From Candidatus Iainarchaeum sp. (GTDB lineage: Archaea > Iainarchaeota > Iainarchaeia > Iainarchaeales > JAAZKV01), in NCBI GenBank assembly GCA_026397015.1, contig JAPLVR010000005.1, forward strand, positions 1 to 64,000: a DNA stretch of 64,000 nucleotides, read 5' to 3'. Position numbers and translations under genes: made by a program. The notes beneath the pieces were generated by a model. That model saw only the letters and a program-made list of their open reading frames with translations. It did no database searches and was not told where the DNA came from. Shown here in pieces: positions 18,609 through 27,806 of this stretch; within the stretch, counting starts at the first letter, position 1; the number at the start of each line of letters is the position of its first letter.

Positions 18609-21458
18609 ATGGTTGGAACAATTAAGCCCTATAATTTGCAGGAAGAGGAAAAGGTCATCGCTTTCTGGAAAAAAGAAAACGTGATAAAAAAGGTTAGGAC
18701 GAAGCAGGCAAAGGGAAAAAAAACTTTTTATTTTATGGACGGGCCGCCCTATGCCACCGGGCACATCCACATGGGCACGGCTTTAAACAAAATAATGAAG
18801 GACTGCGCAATCCGTTCGCAAAGAATGCAGGGCAAAAAGATTTTTGACAGGCCCGGCTTTGACACGCACGGCCTGCCGATTGAAAATAAAGTGGAAAAAA
18901 AATTGGGTTTTAAAACTAAAAAGGATATTGAAGCTTTTGGAATAGAAAACTTTGTGGAGGAATGCAAGGCATTCGCAACTGAGTTCGTCGGAACAATGGG
19001 CGAGGAATTCAAAAATTTGGGCGACTGGATGCCTTATGATGATTCGTATCTCACGCTCACCAACGAGTATATTGAGGCGATTTGGCACACGTTCAAGAAA
19101 GCCGATGAGCAGGATTTGCTTTACCTTGGAAAATATCCTGTGCATGTGTGCCCGCACTGCGCGACCGCAGTCGCTTTCAACGAAATAATTTATGAAAAAC
19201 TTTCCGATACCGCCATATTCGTGAAATTAAAACTCGCTGACGAACAAAACGCTTTTTTGCTTGTGTGGACAACTACTCCTTGGACCCTTCCGGCAAACGT
19301 GGGGGTAATGGTTCATCCGGCTTATGAATACGCTTATGTGAAAATGAGCAGCGGCGAAATTTGGATAATGGCGAAAGAAAAAGTCGAAGAATTGATGAAT
19401 GCTTTTGAAGCGGGTTATACGATTGAAAAAATTGTGAAAGGGAAAGAACTTGAAGGAAAAAAATATTTGCCGCTCTACCCGAACGTTTTGAAGGATGAAA
19501 AGCAAAAGGGAAAAGCGTGGCGCGTAATTTTAAGCGACCGCTACGTTAACTTGGAAGAGGGTTCAGGGCTTGTTCACACCGCGCCCGGACACGGAAAAGA
19601 GGATTATGACGCCGGAACAAAGGCGGGGTTGCCTGCCGTAAGCCCCGTTAACATTGACGGAACATTTTCTCCCGAAGTTGAAATGTATGTCGGCATGCAG
19701 GCGCGCGACGCAAATCCGCGAATAATTTCGGAGCTGGAGGGCAGAGGGCTGATTGTTTACAAACATCAATATTCGCACGATTACCCTTTGTGCTGGCGCT
19801 GCGATTCTCCATTGCTCATGATTTCAACTCCGCAGTGGTTTTTGCGAGTCACAAAAATAAAGGAACAGATGCTCCGCGGCAACTCAAAGGTGAAATGGGT
19901 TCCCGAATGGATGAACGACAGGATGAAGAACTGGCTTGAAAACATAAATGATTGGCCGGTTTCCCGCGAAAGATATTGGGGAACGCCTCTTCCGATTTGG
20001 GTTTGCGAATGCGGGAAAAAAAAAGTAATCGGTTCGATTGCGGAACTGAAAAAAGAGGCGAAGCTGAGGAAAAATGTTGAACTTCACAGGCCTTACATTG
20101 ATGAAATAAAAATTAAGTGTAGGTGCGGCGGCGAAATGGAAAGGGTGAAAGCCGTTCTGGACGTGTGGTTCGATTCTGGAGTAAGCAGCTGGGCAAATTT
20201 GGGTTTTCCCCAAAGCAAAAAACTTTTTGATGAATTCTGGCCCGCCGATTTGAACATTGAAATGACGGAACAGGTGCGCGGCTGGTGGAACTCGCAAAGC
20301 ATCCTTTCAACAATCTCATTCGGAAAGCTTCCGTACAAGGCCGTTTCTGTTCACGGGATGGTGCGCGATTTGGGACACCAAAAAATGTCCAAAAGCAAGG
20401 GCAATATTGTTACGCCCGAAGAGATGATTAAGAAGTACAACAGGGATTACCTTCGCCATTATTTGCTCTCGCAGGGAAAGGGGACGGATTTCAATTTCGA
20501 CATTGGCGCGATTTCTGACGTTGGAAATTTCTTCAATACTTTTACAAATTCGCTCAACTATGCAAAAATGTATTTGAACATTGATTTGGAAAAGAAAATA
20601 AGCGGAGCTTCGGCGAAGAAGCTGTTGGAGGAGGACAGGTGGATTCTAAGCAGGCTTGAAGAGCTCTCGAAAAAAATTATTTCAGCATACAACAATTACG
20701 AATTTTTTAAGGCGGGAATCGCGGTTGAAGAATTTGTGGATTTGGAGTTTTCAAGGGCTTACCTGAAATTAATAAGGAACAGGATTGGAACGAAAACCCA
20801 GAAGCAGGCAGAGCAAACAGTTTCTTATGTCATTTCCGTTCTGCTGAAACTTTTTGCGCCCATTGCTCCGCATGCTTCAGAGTATTACTGGCGCGAGTTC
20901 GGGGCAAGGCAAACCATTCACCTGGAAGATTTTGAAAAAATTTCCGGTTTGAGAAATGAGGCTCTTGAAAAAGAGTTTGAGCTGGTGCAAAGCGTGGCGC
21001 AGGCGGTGTTCTCGCTGCGAACCGAGCAAAAATTGCGTTTGAGGTGGCAGCTGGAAAAAGTTATTGTTGAATCCGATAAAAAAATTTCCGGGCTTCTGGA
21101 GGTTCTTGCGCGAATGTGCAATGTTAAATCAGCGGAAAATGGAAAGAACCCCGGCAGCGGGTTTGCCGCAAAAGATTTCGGTGCGGGAAAAGTTTATCTG
21201 AAAGTTTCTGCATCCCCTGAAATGAAGGAAGAGTGGGAATTGAGCGAGCTGCTCAGGCAGATTCAGGATGCGAGAAAAAAGGCGGGGCTTAGCCCGGGCG
21301 AAAAAGTTAAATTGGAGATTGAGTGCGGTGATAAAAAGTTTTTGGAAAAGAACAGGAAAAAAATTGAGGAAAAAACTTCCGCCGAAATGGTTTTTGTTTC
21401 CGGCAAAAAGCTCGCTCTGCTGGTTGAGAAAGAATTTTTTTTCGAAATAAAAAGATAA
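18609..21458 (+). CDS. ileS: Isoleucine--tRNA ligase
   Basis: DGPPYATGHIHMG, WTTTPWTLP, GLVHTAPGHG, SRERYWGTP and KMSKS motifs. Confidence 0.97.
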   Translation: MVGTIKPYNLQEEEKVIAFWKKENVIKKVRTKQAKGKKTFYFMDGPPYATGHIHMGTALNKIMKDCAIRSQRMQGKKIFDRPGFDTHGLPIENKVEKKLGFKTKKDIEAFGIENFVEECKAFATEFVGTMGEEFKNLGDWMPYDDSYLTLTNEYIEAIWHTFKKADEQDLLYLGKYPVHVCPHCATAVAFNEIIYEKLSDTAIFVKLKLADEQNAFLLVWTTTPWTLPANVGVMVHPAYEYAYVKMSSGEIWIMAKEKVEELMNAFEAGYTIEKIVKGKELEGKKYLPLYPNVLKDEKQKGKAWRVILSDRYVNLEEGSGLVHTAPGHGKEDYDAGTKAGLPAVSPVNIDGTFSPEVEMYVGMQARDANPRIISELEGRGLIVYKHQYSHDYPLCWRCDSPLLMISTPQWFLRVTKIKEQMLRGNSKVKWVPEWMNDRMKNWLENINDWPVSRERYWGTPLPIWVCECGKKKVIGSIAELKKEAKLRKNVELHRPYIDEIKIKCRCGGEMERVKAVLDVWFDSGVSSWANLGFPQSKKLFDEFWPADLNIEMTEQVRGWWNSQSILSTISFGKLPYKAVSVHGMVRDLGHQKMSKSKGNIVTPEEMIKKYNRDYLRHYLLSQGKGTDFNFDIGAISDVGNFFNTFTNSLNYAKMYLNIDLEKKISGASAKKLLEEDRWILSRLEELSKKIISAYNNYEFFKAGIAVEEFVDLEFSRAYLKLIRNRIGTKTQKQAEQTVSYVISVLLKLFAPIAPHASEYYWREFGARQTIHLEDFEKISGLRNEALEKEFELVQSVAQAVFSLRTEQKLRLRWQLEKVIVESDKKISGLLEVLARMCNVKSAENGKNPGSGFAAKDFGAGKVYLKVSASPEMKEEWELSELLRQIQDARKKAGLSPGEKVKLEIECGDKKFLEKNRKKIEEKTSAEMVFVSGKKLALLVEKEFFFEIKR

Positions 21459-21529
21459 AAGCCTGGAAGCTGATTTTAAAATAAAGAACGGTTTTAAACC
21501 AAAAAAACGACCTTAAACTAAAAAATATT

Positions 21530-21706
21530 TTAAACTCTCGTTATCAGCTTTATCACAACTATTGCCACTATCAAGATAAAAGTTATGCCGATGACAAAGT
21601 AAGGGCTCAGTTTCGGCCCCTTTGTGTCTGCGTCAAAAAAACGTGTGATTCCTATCGCCGAACTCGGCCCAGGCGTCGCAGCTTTACTTTTTACAAATTT
21701 CACCAT
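21530..21706 (-). CDS. secG: Preprotein translocase subunit Sec61beta
   Basis: PSSAIGITRFFDA..GPKLSP followed by a single TM; GGAGA ribosome-binding site upstream of ATG 21706. Confidence 0.88.
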   Translation of the reverse strand: MVKFVKSKAATPGPSSAIGITRFFDADTKGPKLSPYFVIGITFILIVAIVVIKLITRV

Positions 21707-21925
21707 AAAAATCATTCTCCATTGAAATGTTCAAAATCAATAATTTCTTTGCAAACGCTAATATTAAATATAGCTGAAGATTATAATATATCAATCATTC
21801 AGCGCATTGAATATGAAGCAATTGTAAAGGGGAATTTTTAAAAAGGTAGTGATGAAGGAGCCGTTTTTGCGGCGTGCGTTTTCATCTCCGTTAAATTTGT
21901 TTTGATGTTTTGAAAGTTGGTTTTT

Positions 21926-22921
21926 ATGAAGAATGTTGACCTTTACGATATTGCGCCGAAATTGATAGGGGTCGTGCTTTTGGGCACTCTTCTTTTGCTG
22001 ATTCTTGTTTGGGCGGGCGTTGTCCGCTGCGGCAGTTTCCCTTATCTGTGCGATGTTTACTACACAGTTGTTGGCTCTCCGCGAATAGCAATCATTTCCG
22101 GAGACGAAGGTTTGGGGGACCCGAATGCTTTGCAGACAATGCTCCTTAACCCTGAAATTGTTGGCGCGGAAAATGTTTCAATCATCGGCATCGAGGCGGT
22201 CGGACTGGCGAATCTGAAAAATTACAAGCTTGTTATTGTCGAGCACGCGAGAAAACTTTCCCGTGAACAGCTCGAAATGTTTATGCAGTATGTGAACCAG
22301 AGCGGCGGGCGCCTTGTCTGGGTCGGCGATGCAGGTGTTGAGCCGACGGATGATGAGCTTGAAAGGTACAACGATTTGAAGGGAATAATTGACAGCGATG
22401 TGGGTGATGAAAATCTTCCGGCGCGAACAAAAAATGATTTGTCTGAAGCAATGAAAACAGCTTGGGTCAGAATTTCCGAGAATGCAGATAGTTATTCCAT
22501 AACGGATTTCGGCGCATTTTTAGGCGTAAGGTACGTTGGCAATTATTGCCAGCTGAGGGGCGCAGCCAGATGCTCCGAAAATCTTTTCACCGCGGGAACG
22601 CTTGTGCCTGAAAGCACTGGCAACCATCCTCTCATCTACGGAATGACGCCTTCGCTGATTTTCAAAACAAGAAGAGACAGGGATTTTTCGGTTGTGAAAT
22701 CAATACCAAACTCAAACACAAATCTTGTTCTTACTCTTAACTTCGGCGGGAATGTCGTTGCCGAAAACAAAACCAATATCGGAAAGGCCGTTCCTTTCAT
22801 AGTCACTTCGGGTTTCGGCGAGCGCGTCGCATATTATGCGTATCCCCTTGAGTATATGGTGCAGGACAACAACGCATTTTTGCTGATAAAACGCATGACT
22901 ACCGGAATGTTGGGGCAGTAA
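21926..22921 (+). CDS. Membrane-anchored protein with a class I glutamine amidotransferase/ThuA-like fold
   Basis: N-terminal TM; YKLVIV, YVNQSGGRLVW, HPLIYGM and GERVAYY motifs; paralog of the next gene. Confidence 0.65.
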   Translation: MKNVDLYDIAPKLIGVVLLGTLLLLILVWAGVVRCGSFPYLCDVYYTVVGSPRIAIISGDEGLGDPNALQTMLLNPEIVGAENVSIIGIEAVGLANLKNYKLVIVEHARKLSREQLEMFMQYVNQSGGRLVWVGDAGVEPTDDELERYNDLKGIIDSDVGDENLPARTKNDLSEAMKTAWVRISENADSYSITDFGAFLGVRYVGNYCQLRGAARCSENLFTAGTLVPESTGNHPLIYGMTPSLIFKTRRDRDFSVVKSIPNSNTNLVLTLNFGGNVVAENKTNIGKAVPFIVTSGFGERVAYYAYPLEYMVQDNNAFLLIKRMTTGMLGQ

Positions 22922-23105
22922 GTGGGCAGTGGGAAATGCGTTTGGCAATTATTTTAGCGCGAAGCGCAATTGCTGAGTTGAAGGTTAAGTTTATTAATTA
23001 GGGGCAAGTATTAATCTTATTGGCCATTCGCTTAACAGCGAAAGGGTTAAAAAGAACAAAAGCAAAGTATTATTTAACATTTTTACTGGGATGGGTGAAT
23101 AAATT

Positions 23106-23954
23106 ATGTATCCTGATGAAGGTGCTGATGCTGCGCCGGTTGGCGGAGGTAGACGCGGAATGAATTTCAATTTGGAAGGTTTGGTTCCTCTAATTATATT
23201 GGTTATAATAGGGGTGCTCTCTCTGAACTATTTCGGATTTGTTGAGTTTCCTTATTTGCCGAGGGGCGACTCGCATATACAAGTGCTTGTGATAGGAAAT
23301 CCTTCGCTTGGAGAGAAAACAGTTCTTGATAACAGCGGCGACTTTGTCACTTACACTACTAGGGATGCAACCACATTTTACTTCGGCGCTGAAGAGGAGC
23401 TGTCTCAGTACAATATAGTAATACTGGACCAGTCAAATTCTCCAGCTAAAAGCGTAACAACGGCTTTGGGAAAAGCGGTTGAAACATACGTTAAGAAAGG
23501 CGGAAAATTGATTGTTGTTCAGAATTCAGGAATTTATCAGGATGTCGGGCTTTATGGCCTAACGGCAATTGATGTTGTCGGATGGAAAGCCACATTCGGA
23601 AATATTATTCCTGCGGAATGCCCTCTTGACCAGGACACTATTCCAACTTGCCAGGAAAGCAAGGCGGAAACAGTTGCAGGCAGAATATATAGGCAAGACA
23701 TCGACCACCCGATAATGGCGGGAATACAGATGAGCCCTCCGGGCGGAGAGATGCCATACACTATGGTTGTTTACCCTGTACAGGCTGCCGAGGGCGCAAA
23801 GACAATCGCTTTCATAAAGAGTGAAGTTACTCCGAAAGCGTACCCTGCAATCATAGAGAAGAAAAGCTTCCCTCTCGGGAAAGTAATTTACTTCAACTAC
23901 GATCCGGGTCTGTCTCCAGGCATATTCAGGAATACATTGGAATACCTGAAATAA
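23106..23954 (+). CDS. Membrane-anchored protein with a GATase/ThuA-like fold (paralog of the previous gene)
   Basis: TM; YNIVIL, YVKKGGKLIV, HPIMAGI and GKVIYF motifs. Confidence 0.65.
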   Translation: MYPDEGADAAPVGGGRRGMNFNLEGLVPLIILVIIGVLSLNYFGFVEFPYLPRGDSHIQVLVIGNPSLGEKTVLDNSGDFVTYTTRDATTFYFGAEEELSQYNIVILDQSNSPAKSVTTALGKAVETYVKKGGKLIVVQNSGIYQDVGLYGLTAIDVVGWKATFGNIIPAECPLDQDTIPTCQESKAETVAGRIYRQDIDHPIMAGIQMSPPGGEMPYTMVVYPVQAAEGAKTIAFIKSEVTPKAYPAIIEKKSFPLGKVIYFNYDPGLSPGIFRNTLEYLK

Positions 23955-24009
23955 ATAAACGGCTTTTTTTGTTTTGGGAAGGGTAAAGCTTCCCAAAATT
24001 TTTCTATTT

Positions 24010-24077
24010 CAGCCTTTTTCTAAAAGGCTGGCGAAAATCGCCGCTCAGTGCGGCGAGTGAAGCCTGTTGGCTTCTGT
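24010..24077 (+). repeat. Composite REP/PATE-like element
   Basis: Hairpin + GGCGAAAA + second hairpin + TGAAGCCTGTTGGCTTCTGT; near-identical layout at 30219-30287. Confidence 0.75.
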
Positions 24078-24256
24078 ATTTTTTTAGTTGTTTGCTTTTT
24101 CATTTTTCTATTTTTTATATTTTCATTTTTTCTCCCTCTTTAACTTAATTTCTTTTTGCGTGATTTTTTTCTTCCCCAACAATCCATTTAAAAGCATTTT
24201 TTTCTTCGGTTTGGTAAATCAACTGTTGTAAAACAACAACTCATGGAGGATTCTAT

Positions 24257-24640
24257 ATGGCTGTGAAAAAAGAAGCGAAAGTTGCGAAGGAACTGAAGGA
24301 AGCGAAAGTTGCGAAGGAACAGGAGGCTGTGAAAGAGCCGATTGAAGAGGAAAGACCGAGAATGCATTCCGCATCGGACAACATGGTTTTCGTCGGAAAG
24401 AAAGACACAATGGCGTATGTGCTTGCGGCAGTTACGCAGTTCAATGCCGGCGCAAAAGAAGTGACAATCAAAGCAAGGGGAAGAGCCATTTCAAGGGCAG
24501 TTGATGTGGCGGAAATAATCAGGAACCGCTCGGTGGAAGGCGCAAAGCTCGTTTCCATTGAAATTTCGACCGAAGAGGTTCAAACGATGGACGGCAGGCC
24601 TTTAAAGATTTCAGCCATCGAAATAAAGATAAAAAAATAG
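24257..24640 (+). CDS. albA: DNA/RNA-binding protein Alba with an N-terminal extension
   Basis: VFVGKK and IKARGRAISRAVDVAE motifs; GGAGG ribosome-binding site. Confidence 0.95.
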   Translation: MAVKKEAKVAKELKEAKVAKEQEAVKEPIEEERPRMHSASDNMVFVGKKDTMAYVLAAVTQFNAGAKEVTIKARGRAISRAVDVAEIIRNRSVEGAKLVSIEISTEEVQTMDGRPLKISAIEIKIKK

Positions 24641-24764
24641 CTCTAAAAGGGCTGATTTTTGTTAACGGGGCATTAAGGGCGAAAAGCCCTTTTCAGCCCC
24701 GGTTTCCTATTTTTGTTAGGAAAGGCAAGTCCGCAAAGTCGGCGGATTTGTTTTTCTAAAGACG

Positions 24765-24818
24765 AAAGGTATATAAATGTCATGACACTATCATGATATC
24801 GTATGACATCTCATGACA
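24765..24818 (+). promoter_or_regulatory. BRE/TATA followed by repeated TGTCATGACA-like palindromes (probable operator)
   Basis: TATATAAA at 24770-24777; TGTCATGACA at 24778-24787; TATCATGATA at 24789-24798; further degenerate copies over the start codon. Confidence 0.55.
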
Positions 24819-25270
24819 CTAATGAATACGATGCGCAAAAGCTGTTAACTGACTTGAACGCGGTTAAGCGTATTTCTCCTGAGTTCAGCGATTTGAGCAT
24901 GGATATTCAGGACGTGTTAAAGGAGTCATCCAATCCATCATTTCTTGCGGCTCTTCTCTATAAACTAGTTAAGGAGAGGGAAGAGACCAATAGAGTCCTT
25001 AAAAGCCTAGAGATAAAATTCGAAAAAATTCAGGAAATGCTTACAAAATCTCCTAGCTCCCACACAAAGTTAGAGATCGCCGTGCTTTCTGAGCCTGACC
25101 AACACATAATGCAAATGGTTACAGAACAGGGAATGGTTAGCGCTCAGGAAGTTCAGGCACGACTTTCCTACAAAGGAACTAATGCGGCCTCACAGAGGCT
25201 GAATAAACTTGCGAGAGAAGGGCAATTGAAAAGGATTCGCTCGGGAAGAAAAGTGTTATTTACACGCTGA
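24803..25270 (+). CDS. Coiled-coil + winged-helix putative transcriptional regulator
   Basis: C-terminal VSAQEVQARLSYKGTNAASQRLNKL..G.L.R...GRKV wHTH pattern. Confidence 0.75.
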   Translation: MTSHDTNEYDAQKLLTDLNAVKRISPEFSDLSMDIQDVLKESSNPSFLAALLYKLVKEREETNRVLKSLEIKFEKIQEMLTKSPSSHTKLEIAVLSEPDQHIMQMVTEQGMVSAQEVQARLSYKGTNAASQRLNKLAREGQLKRIRSGRKVLFTR

Positions 25271-25327
25271 TTCTCCCAACCCACACGTTAAAGCGAATCT
25301 TTGGAAATGCCCTTCCCTCCTTTGCCT

Positions 25328-25476
25328 CAGCCTTTTTTCGTAAAAAGGCTGGCGAAAAACTAATTTCGCAAAAAGCATCATCTTCGCTGTTGCTCGATAG
25401 GGCTTGCCTTCGGCATTTTTCAAAAAAGGTTGGCGAAAAACTAAAATGGCGAAAAACTAAAAGTTGGCGAAAAAAC
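25328..25476 (+). repeat. REP-like hairpin cluster with GGCGAAAAAC tails
   Basis: Full copy at 25328-25358; partial copies to about 25476. Confidence 0.8.
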
Positions 25477-25531
25477 ATTTTTTTTGGCACTACAAAAAGT
25501 TTTATACTAGTTAGAGGCTTATCTAATCCGG

Positions 25532-25987
25532 ATGAAAAGAATTTTTTTTCTGCTGCTGGTTTTTGTGCAGTGTGTTTATGCCGCGTCAGCCAGCTGCAGC
25601 AGCTACGGCTTCAGTGCGGAAACTGTCAATCAGTCTTTCACCGCAACCTCGACAAAAATGGATTTCAATGTTTCATGCATCATTACCTCGCAAGTAACTT
25701 CTTTAAGATTTGAAACAATTGACGGCAAGCCGATTTCGGGCTCCGCAGTTCTTCCGCCTGATTGTTCAATAATTCCTTCAACTGTAAAAACTGAAATCAA
25801 TACAATCGAAGAAGGCACCTACGCCGCAATATTTTCCTGCAAAAATGCCGACCACAATTCAACCCTTTTTTTCACAATCCCGAAACAAAATCCTGCCGGC
25901 CTCTCAATTCCGGATTCAAACATGGTTTCTATTCTTTTTGCTTTGGGTTTTGTAAGCATTATTCTTGTGAGAAAAAGCAGAAGATAA
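25532..25987 (+). CDS. Secreted protein consisting of the shared C-terminal domain plus an IPDSN-TM-basic anchor
   Basis: Signal peptide; ends IPDSNMVSILFALGFVSIILVRKSRR. Confidence 0.8.
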   Translation: MKRIFFLLLVFVQCVYAASASCSSYGFSAETVNQSFTATSTKMDFNVSCIITSQVTSLRFETIDGKPISGSAVLPPDCSIIPSTVKTEINTIEEGTYAAIFSCKNADHNSTLFFTIPKQNPAGLSIPDSNMVSILFALGFVSIILVRKSRR

Positions 25988-26042
25988 TCTTCGACAAGTT
26001 TGACCAACTCTTTTTTATATTAGAAAAGCATTAAGTAGTTGT

Positions 26043-27752
26043 ATGCGAAAAATTATATCGAGTCTTTTAATCTTACTTCTTTTTCTCGTTTCTGCTTATT
26101 CTGGGGTGGAACAATGTGCTAGCGGTTACTTGTATAGGAGAGAGTTTTGTTATAGTAGTTGTGGTAGTGGGGGTTGCTGCAAAGATAAATGGGGTTTAGA
26201 TACAGACAATGGATTTTGTGCTCTTAATTCAACCGTGGCAACTAATATATTAAGAAATCAGTTGGGTTATCAAGGAAGTTTATGTAATATTGGAATTTTT
26301 TGTGATGATTTTTATCTTGGATGTAGCAGTACGCAACATAAAGTAATAATTTGCGCAAGAAGCACCCCTTCATACAATGTAGGCTATTGTGGTTTGGTGA
26401 ATGGCGGTTGGTCTGGTTGGAGTTATGGCGGTTGGGGTAATGTTGGTGGTTGTGGGAGTTATCAGTCGTGCAAGCAGAGGCAGGATAGGGCTCTGACTAG
26501 GAGTTGTAATAATCCTTCCCCTGCGTGTAGTGGTGCGGGTTGTTCTGGAAGTTCGTCAACAACCGAAACGCAGTATTTGAGTTGTGGTTCGGTGAATGGC
26601 GGTTGGTCTGGTTGGAGTAATAATGGTGGTTGTTCTTCGTGTGTGCAAAATCAGGTTAGGTCTTGTAATAATCCTGCTCCTGCTTGCAGTGGTGCTGCTT
26701 GTTCTGGGTCGAGTTCGCAGAATGTCAGTTGTGGTTCGGTAGCTGGTGGTTGGTCTGGTTTTGGTTCTTGGCATGATACTTCGGGCTGGGGTGCGTGTTC
26801 CGGTTGTTTGCAGTATAAGTCTCAGCAGAGGGACAGGAATTGTACTAATCCTTCTCCTGTTTGTGGCGGGGCAGCTTGTTCTGGACTTAGTTATGAAACC
26901 CGGTCAATTTCTCAGTCCTGTGGTGCGGTGAATGGTGGTTGGTCTGGTTGGAGCGATAGTGGTACTTGCGGGCAGTATGTTGCATGCAAGCAGAGGGAAG
27001 CGAGGGCTTGTAATAATCCTTCTCCTGTTTGTGGTGGTGCTGCTTGTTCTGGTTCGAGTACGCAGGACGTTAAGCCTTGCGGTCAGGGGATTTGTTCACC
27101 GGGTAGTCCGCCTCAGACGCAAATTTGCGGGCGTTGCGGCACCCAAAGCAGGAGTTGTAACAATACTTGCGGCTGGAGTAATTGGGGCCCGTGTACCGGG
27201 GAAACAGGGATTTGTTCAATTGGGGAAAAAAAAATCGGCAATGAGGAATGCGGTATTTGCGGTTTTCAATGGCTGGTTTGTGACGGGTCCTGCCTGTGGG
27301 GGAATGGAAATTGTGAAGAAGTTGGTTGCGGCAGCGGAGGTTCCCTGAATTGCCCAGAAATAGGAATTGAAGCAAAACTGGCAGGCGCAAGCATCAATGC
27401 AGGAACCGGAAGCACGCAGCTGGATTTCAACGTTGATTGTGTCGTGCGTGTAGATATTAATGAGATTTCTTTTGAAGATATCCAAGGGCAACCGATTAAC
27501 GGCGGTTCTATAGATGCTCTTCCATTTGGTTGTTCAAAAATCTCTTCCAAAATACAAACAGAAATTGACACAAATGCAGAAAAGAATTATGCGATAAACT
27601 TCTTTTATCTGAGCGGCAAATGCAGCAAAAAAATTTATTTTACAATCACCGACTTGAAGGAAACTTCAAACATCCCGGATTCAAATATTGCCGCTGTTCT
27701 TTTAGCCTTGGCATTCGTAAGCGTCATCCTGACAGGAAAAAGCAGAAAATAA
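26043..27752 (+). CDS. Cell-surface protein with thrombospondin type-1 repeats and an IPDSN-TM anchor
   Basis: Signal peptide; four V(N/A)GGWSG..C...R.C.NP.P.C.GA.CSG repeats; ends IPDSNIAAVLLALAFVSVILTGKSRK. Confidence 0.85.
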   Translation: MRKIISSLLILLLFLVSAYSGVEQCASGYLYRREFCYSSCGSGGCCKDKWGLDTDNGFCALNSTVATNILRNQLGYQGSLCNIGIFCDDFYLGCSSTQHKVIICARSTPSYNVGYCGLVNGGWSGWSYGGWGNVGGCGSYQSCKQRQDRALTRSCNNPSPACSGAGCSGSSSTTETQYLSCGSVNGGWSGWSNNGGCSSCVQNQVRSCNNPAPACSGAACSGSSSQNVSCGSVAGGWSGFGSWHDTSGWGACSGCLQYKSQQRDRNCTNPSPVCGGAACSGLSYETRSISQSCGAVNGGWSGWSDSGTCGQYVACKQREARACNNPSPVCGGAACSGSSTQDVKPCGQGICSPGSPPQTQICGRCGTQSRSCNNTCGWSNWGPCTGETGICSIGEKKIGNEECGICGFQWLVCDGSCLWGNGNCEEVGCGSGGSLNCPEIGIEAKLAGASINAGTGSTQLDFNVDCVVRVDINEISFEDIQGQPINGGSIDALPFGCSKISSKIQTEIDTNAEKNYAINFFYLSGKCSKKIYFTITDLKETSNIPDSNIAAVLLALAFVSVILTGKSRK

Positions 27753-27806
27753 TCTTCAACAAGTTTGACCATTTATTTTTTATATTAGAGAAGCGTTAAT
27801 TATGGC

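Noticed and set aside
21849-21892. GTGATGA box C or fluoride riboswitch before the 21926 gene
   Set aside because: There is no properly spaced CTGA and no crcB pseudoknot; it is only a simple hairpin.
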